Source of the DNA: a virus
Taxonomy: Duplodnaviria > Heunggongvirae > Uroviricota > Caudoviricetes
Length of the DNA: 13,407 bases
Reading direction: 5' to 3' (one strand)
Virus record (IMG/VR): IMGVR_UViG_2537562172_000003
Location: 1-13,407 of that record
The translations under genes were made by a program, and so were the position numbers. The notes under the pieces were generated by a model, which saw only the letters and a program-made list of their open reading frames with translations, searched no databases and was not told where the DNA came from. Below, piece after piece: positions 7,249 to 13,407 of the stretch (the first letter of the stretch is position 1; the number at the start of each line of letters is the position of its first letter).

Positions 7249-7280
7249 GCCCTTCTTCAGGGCTTAATTTTTAAGAGCAT
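7249..7280 (-). promoter_or_regulatory. nutL: nutL (boxB hairpin and boxA)
   Basis: Minus-strand reading TGCTCTTAAAAATTAAGCCCTGAAGAAGGGCAGCA: boxB GCCCTGAAGAAGGGC (plus 7249-7263) and boxA-like TGCTCTTA (plus 7271-7278), about 160 nt upstream of the N start as in lambda. Confidence 0.88.
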
Positions 7281-7312
7281 CACCTTCAATGGTGGTCAGT
7301 GCGTCCTGCTGA

Positions 7313-7393
7313 TGGCTTAAAATTACAAGAAAGATTGTATGTTGTAAACAAGAAATATTGTAAAAAAGGGGCATGAAAAACAAACTCCATTGT
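7313..7393 (-). promoter_or_regulatory. pL promoter with phage-434 OL operators
   Basis: Three 14-bp 434-type operators ACAAGAAAGATTGT (7325-7338), ACAAGAAATATTGT (7348-7361), ACAAACTCCATTGT (7380-7393). Minus-strand -35 TTTACA (plus 7343-7348) and -10 TAATTT (plus 7320-7325) with 17-bp spacer; start near 7313 (ATCAGCAGGACG, lambda-like). Confidence 0.75.
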
Positions 7394-7443
7394 TTTTAAA
7401 CGGAAAATAGTTTGTTTTTTGGTTATCGAGATTGAGGTGGGGA

Positions 7444-8799
<1,356 letters not shown>

Positions 8800-8807
8800 G
8801 ACATTCC

Positions 8808-8839
8808 CGCTCTTACACATCCCAGCCCTGAAAAAGGGC
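8808..8839 (+). promoter_or_regulatory. nutR: nutR (boxA and boxB)
   Basis: boxA CGCTCTTA at 8808-8815; boxB hairpin GCCCTGAAAAAGGGC at 8825-8839; followed by the lambda-like cro-cII leader. Confidence 0.88.
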
Positions 8840-8918
8840 ATCAAATTAAACCACACCTATGGTGTATGCATTTATTTGCATACATTCAATCAATTGTTAT
8901 CTAAGGAAATACTTACAT

Positions 8919-9350
8919 ATGGTTCGTGCAAACAAACGCAACGAGGCTCTACGAATCGAGAGTGCGTTGCTTAACAAAATCGCAATGCTTGGAACTGAGA
9001 AGACAGCGGAAGCTGTGGGCGTTGATAAGTCGCAGATCAGCAGGTGGAACCCTGAGACGGTCGCAAGATGGCTTGATGCGATGGCAAACCTTGAGCGACG
9101 AAACGCGCAGTTTAATGAGTTTAAAGCCGAGTGGATGAGCGCGAATGGCAATCCAGGACAATCGCGTAATGGCGGTCAGATATTGGGGTTGGATGTTAAA
9201 AAAGGTGAATCATTGGGGAGTGCCGTTAAGCGGTATATGTCAATGAATACTGACGCAGCGCCAGCACAAGATTCGACACCTTCAGGAGAACCACGGTATC
9301 AGGTTGGATCATATACCTCAAAATCAGGCATTCAATTTACGGTGGAATGA
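8919..9350 (+). pseudogene. cII: Truncated cII: codons 1-43 fused in frame to ~100 codons from the 3' end of a late (gp20-like ejection protein?) gene
   Basis: MVRANKRNEALRIESALLNKIAMLGTEKTAEAVGVDKSQISRW matches lambda CII residues 1-43; after about 9047 the sequence is unrelated to CII (lambda CII is 97 aa). The stop overlaps the start of the gp16-like gene, which suggests the tail of the upstream gene in a P22-like late operon. Confidence 0.75.
8928..8941 (-). promoter_or_regulatory. CII-binding site of pRE (TTGC-N6-TTGC)
   Basis: Minus-strand TTGCGTTTGTTTGC inside the first codons of cII, as in lambda pRE. Confidence 0.5.
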
Positions 9351-11191
9351 TGAAAGTAACTGCAAACGGTAAGACATTTACCTTCCCTGATGGTACGAGC
9401 ACGGAAGATATTGGCACCGCCATTGATGAGTATTTTGCTGGTCAGGCTGTTCAGCAACAAACAGTTAATCAGGCCAATAATGCACCAACACGGGAAGAAC
9501 CATCATTAATGCAACAAGCTGGCGATTGGCTCACTGGTGGTCAAAGTGCAGGGCAAATTGCAGAACAGGCTGGTCGTGGTCTGGTAAACATACCATTTGA
9601 CGTATTGCAGGGTGGCGCAAGTCTGATTAATGCAATCAGTCAGGGGCTTGGTGGGCCAAAAGTATTGGATGATGTCTATCGTCCAGTCGATCGACCGACA
9701 GACCCTTATGCGCAAGCTGGAGAAACAATTGGCGGGTATTTAGTTCCAGGAGTTGGAACGGCAGGAAGCATGGCTATTGGATCACTGGCAGAGGCCGCAA
9801 ATCAGAAAGGCGATTTCGCACAAAATGCAGCTAAAAATGCCGGAGTTAACCTTGTCGCTCAGGGTGTTCTTTCCGCAGCAGCAAAGGGAATAGGGCGTGG
9901 AATAACGGCTATAAAAGGTGATATTGCGCCAGAAGTGGCGAAGAAAATTGCCACATCAGAATCGATGGGCGTGACACCAATGACATCTGATGTTATCCCG
10001 CCGAAAAATGCTTTCACTCGCGGCCTTACTCAGGATTCCGAGGGGGCTTTGCTCGGGACAGGCTCAAAGCGAGCGGAGCAATATGCAACGCGTAGTAAGC
10101 TGGTAAGTAATTATTTTGACCGTTTTGGTGAGTACAACCCGGATGATGTGGTGAAATCTCTGACCACCACGTTAAGGGGGCGGAAGGATGCCGCTGGCGC
10201 TGTTATCAATGACGTCACCAATAAAATGGGTAATGCCGCAGTTGATACCACAAATACCATGAATGCTCTGAATACAGCGATCGCAAGACAGGAACGGCTT
10301 GGGACGTCTGCTAATCAAAGCCTGCTTACATCCTTGCGTAACCTACGTGAAGAATTAGCAAACCCTGCAACTGATTTGGATGTTACGTTTGATCTCTTGC
10401 GTCAGCATAGAACGGCATTTAGATCTAATGTTCAGGGAGATGCTATGGTCTTCCCCAACCAGGCAAAAGCAGCTACCAATATGGTAGAGAATGCAATGTC
10501 AAAAGACCTTCGTAACGCAGTTGCTAAAAACCTCGGTGCTTCAGACGCAGCAAAATACCTTAAAGCAAATTCCGATTATGCAAACGTTTATAATAAGGTG
10601 CTTAATAAAAACATTGCTAACAAGCTCAACAAGGCAAGCAGTGAAGCCAGTCCTGAACTTATAAATACCGTTGTATTAAGCAGAAAACCATCTGACGTGA
10701 AACGAATTTGGAGCGCATTGGATGATAAAGGGAAAGATGCTATGCGTGCAGCTTACGTCAGCAAAATAGCGGAAAAGGCCGGTGACTCTCCAGCCAAGTT
10801 CATCACTGAAGTTAATAAGCTGAAATCTCAGTCAGGTGGTGAAATTTACAACACTATTTTTTCTGGAAAGCACATGAAAGAGCTTGATGCTCTTCATGAA
10901 GTTCTACAGCAAACAGCAAGGTCAGACACCGCAAATGTAGTAACTCAGACGGGGCAATCGCAAGCCAACAGGATAAGGACGATTGGCGCAACTGCGACTC
11001 TTGGCGTATCAATGGGGATTGAGGCTGGTTTCGGTGCAATGATGCGCTTGTATGAGTCCAAAGTAGCAAGGAATGCTCTCTTACGTCTGGCAAACACTAA
11101 AGCTGGAACGCCGGCTTATGAAAGAGCGCTAAATAATGCTGCAAATGCGATACGCCCTATACTTGCAAGCCAGATTACAGCAGAACAATAG
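9347..11191 (+). CDS. P22 gp16-like ejection (DNA-transfer) protein, 614 aa
   Basis: Large Ala/Gly/Gln-rich protein; size and position (immediately before the tailspike) fit gp16-type injection proteins; start ATGATG overlaps the upstream stop (alternative start 9350). Confidence 0.65.
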   Translation: MMKVTANGKTFTFPDGTSTEDIGTAIDEYFAGQAVQQQTVNQANNAPTREEPSLMQQAGDWLTGGQSAGQIAEQAGRGLVNIPFDVLQGGASLINAISQGLGGPKVLDDVYRPVDRPTDPYAQAGETIGGYLVPGVGTAGSMAIGSLAEAANQKGDFAQNAAKNAGVNLVAQGVLSAAAKGIGRGITAIKGDIAPEVAKKIATSESMGVTPMTSDVIPPKNAFTRGLTQDSEGALLGTGSKRAEQYATRSKLVSNYFDRFGEYNPDDVVKSLTTTLRGRKDAAGAVINDVTNKMGNAAVDTTNTMNALNTAIARQERLGTSANQSLLTSLRNLREELANPATDLDVTFDLLRQHRTAFRSNVQGDAMVFPNQAKAATNMVENAMSKDLRNAVAKNLGASDAAKYLKANSDYANVYNKVLNKNIANKLNKASSEASPELINTVVLSRKPSDVKRIWSALDDKGKDAMRAAYVSKIAEKAGDSPAKFITEVNKLKSQSGGEIYNTIFSGKHMKELDALHEVLQQTARSDTANVVTQTGQSQANRIRTIGATATLGVSMGIEAGFGAMMRLYESKVARNALLRLANTKAGTPAYERALNNAANAIRPILASQITAEQ

Positions 11192-11242
11192 ATAAATAAT
11201 TAATTAAGCACATAACTACTGACAGATAACCAACGCAACGAC

Positions 11243-11264
11243 CCAGCTCCGGCTGGTTTTTTTA
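11243..11264 (+). terminator. Putative intrinsic terminator after the ejection-protein gene
   Basis: Hairpin CCAGC-TCCG-GCTGG (11243-11256) followed by T7 (11257-11263). Confidence 0.5.
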
Positions 11265-11321
11265 TTCCAAAAATTCACCGTAGCCACGCTGCGGCGATTC
11301 CTTGCATCTGGAGCAAATTAA

Positions 11322-13407
11322 ATGACAGACATTACAGCCAATGTGATCGTATCGATGCCTTCGCAACTCTTCACTATGGCGCGTTCTTTTAAAGCCGTAG
11401 CCAATGGCAAAATTTATATCGGTAAAATTGACACTGACCCGGTAAATCCTGAAAACCAGATTCAGGTTTATGTAGAAAACGAAGATGGTTCTCATGTTCC
11501 TGTTTCGCAACCAATCATCATTAACGCTGCTGGATATCCGGTATACAACGGACAGATTGTCAAATTCGTTACTATACAGGGCCATTCTATGGCTGTTTAT
11601 GATGCGTACGGTTCTCAGCAGTTCTATTTTCCTAATGTCCTGAAGTATGACCCTGACCAATTAAGGCAAGAATTAGCTTCTGACAGAGGAGCAACATTAT
11701 CATTAAGTCAGATAGCTACTTCTTACGGTCTTGATTTCTCGTTAGGCGGTGTATGGCAGGAGGGGGCGTTATCTTATGTTGATAACTGGTGGTGGTATAA
11801 TAATAAAATCTACACCGGTGGTAGCGGAAATCTGCCATCTATCCCATCAGCACCGTGGTATCCAATTCGCCCGGGATACAATTTTAAACTTAACAGACTT
11901 TATTACCTCCAAGGGTGTGAGCGATATTCTTGACGTAGTGGACTGGCAATGGGCTTTTGATAGCGCAAAATTAAACGCCAAAAACACAACAGTTATAGAT
12001 ATGGACGGTCGTGAATACGCGGTTACCGGAGGCGGTTACGTTATGCATCAGGGAGTTAGTCTGAGAGGTGCTCGCGATGCTATGCAAAACCCTTCTGTCG
12101 ATGGTTTGAGTATTGTTTATATTAACAAGACACCTTCAGCCTCTGATGTCATTTTTATTCTACGCGGCGGAAACTTGCTTGAAGACTTTGGCGTCTACTA
12201 TGCTCAACAAACATATGCGGCGCTATCTGCCATGGTTGACGTCGGAATTCTGTTTAAAAAGCTACCAGGAACTGGTGGGACAGATGCTATAAATACAAAA
12301 GGCTGCATAGTTAAAGGGGTAAGCGCCTGCGGTGTGAGTAAGTTTTACTCCGGTTCTTATGCAGATAACGCGCCTGGTGAGTACGACGATGTTAGTCGAG
12401 TCGCTGTTACACCTACACCTTATGGGCCATCGTTTAGGCTTGGAATTAGCACAGACTTACTTCGATACCAAACTATTCATATAAACGCCAATGTCGTCAG
12501 TGCGTACAGAGCAAAGTACGGTGTTGACATTTCACCTCGTGCGCTACCATCAAGCTATACATCTTGCGTGGGATTTCTTGTTGAACGCGCGGATGGATGT
12601 ACGATTCACGACATTCTTACTTATGGTGTCCCGTATCCTGTCGTACTGGGCGCTGTTGGCGCTACCGGAGGGACTCATGGGTGCAGTGTCAATTTATCTC
12701 AATGCGCATTCGATGCAACGCAAACACCTGTCTACATAAACTGCCCGACAGGTGCGTTTGGTGTTCAACTTTCAAACTGTCAGGTTGTATTCGACGAGAA
12801 ATTCGGAGATTCTAACGGGCAATTAATATACTTAGGATCCGCGGCAAGCAATCATCAAGTCTCGCTTTCTAATATTAAAGTGCAAATGACAGCCAATTTT
12901 AGCTACCGACCTGTTCGCGCTGTTTCTGAGAGTAAACAAAACAGGATAATGTTTAGTGATTGCGCGTTAACAGGTAGCGCTAATAACCTTGATGAAGGAA
13001 CTGGCAACCGTATAAGTTTAATCCAAAGTACAAGGAATTTAGGTAACCTAAACTTAATGACCAATCTAACGCCGGAGAGTTCGTTGGTTTCAAGTATGGG
13101 GGAGCTCAATACTATTGTTAGACATTCAGTTAGTGTCACTGTTCAACAAGGAGCAACATTTGCGAACATCTCAGTTACATACCCTTACTCAGGATTTATA
13201 TCGGCACCTAATGTCAAGACAGAAATAACATCGGTTAGTATTTCTGGTCAAAGTGATGACACGATGTACACATCAAGGGCGTATGGCAGAAGTCAATCAG
13301 GGTGCGTCATCAGAGTGAACTTGTCGAAGGCTGCAGTGGCAACTGGTGCACTGACAGTAGATCTATACCTGATTGGAACAGTAAGGGGGGAACTAACATC
13401 TGTGTAG
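11322..13407 (+). CDS. P22/HK620-type tailspike: conserved N-terminal head-binding domain plus divergent receptor-binding domain; reading frame shifts +1 in the 11749-11933 overlap
   Basis: N-terminus [113 protein letters not shown] matches tailspike head-binding domains; SD GGAG upstream. The 11322-11933 ORF stops and the protein continues in the +1 frame (11749-13407, TAG at 13405-13407). Confidence 0.75.

Noticed and set aside
6313-7320. Plus-strand ORFs 6313-6546, 6668-6955, 6861-7043, 7000-7320
   Set aside because: Antisense to the orphan gene, N and the N leader/nutL; no support.
9506-11093. Minus-strand ORFs 9506-9715 and 10854-11093
   Set aside because: Antisense inside the large ejection-protein gene.
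11262-13139. ORFs 11262-11660 (-), 12491-12739 (+), 12597-12815 (+), 12903-13139 (-)
   Set aside because: Antisense or alternative-frame overlaps of the tailspike gene.

Overview
This window appears to be an E. coli chromosomal attachment-site (att-lambda) locus: the host gene ybhC (1-1284, minus strand) followed by the left end of a defective, mosaic lambdoid prophage. Identifications rest on reading the translated ORFs and DNA motifs against remembered lambda, 434, P22 and HK620 sequences; no database search was run. The prophage begins at a lambda-type attL (core GCTTTTTTATACTAA at 1331-1345 plus P' arm), then carries lambda int and xis, a remnant of the pL operon (bet truncated, gam, kil, cIII, ea10, N with nutL), a phage-434 immunity region (cI and cro with the six 14-bp 434 operators, then nutR), a cII gene broken at codon 43 and fused in frame to the 3' end of a late gene, a P22 gp16-like ejection protein, and an HK620/P22-type tailspike that reads in two frames. 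Replication, lysis, packaging and head genes are absent, so the element looks cryptic but still immune and possibly still excisable. Three blocks of non-lambda DNA sit at classical accessory positions and are the main candidates for something undescribed: (i) an AT-rich 289-aa orphan gene in the ral-sieB slot, translationally coupled to N (5889-6758); (ii) a 134-aa secreted protein whose start overlaps the cI stop, in the rex-equivalent position (7444-7848); (iii) a substitution in place of exo/bet carrying a DUF1311-like secreted protein and a 137-aa ORF (about 2930-4355). No rRNA, tRNA or CRISPR array was seen.
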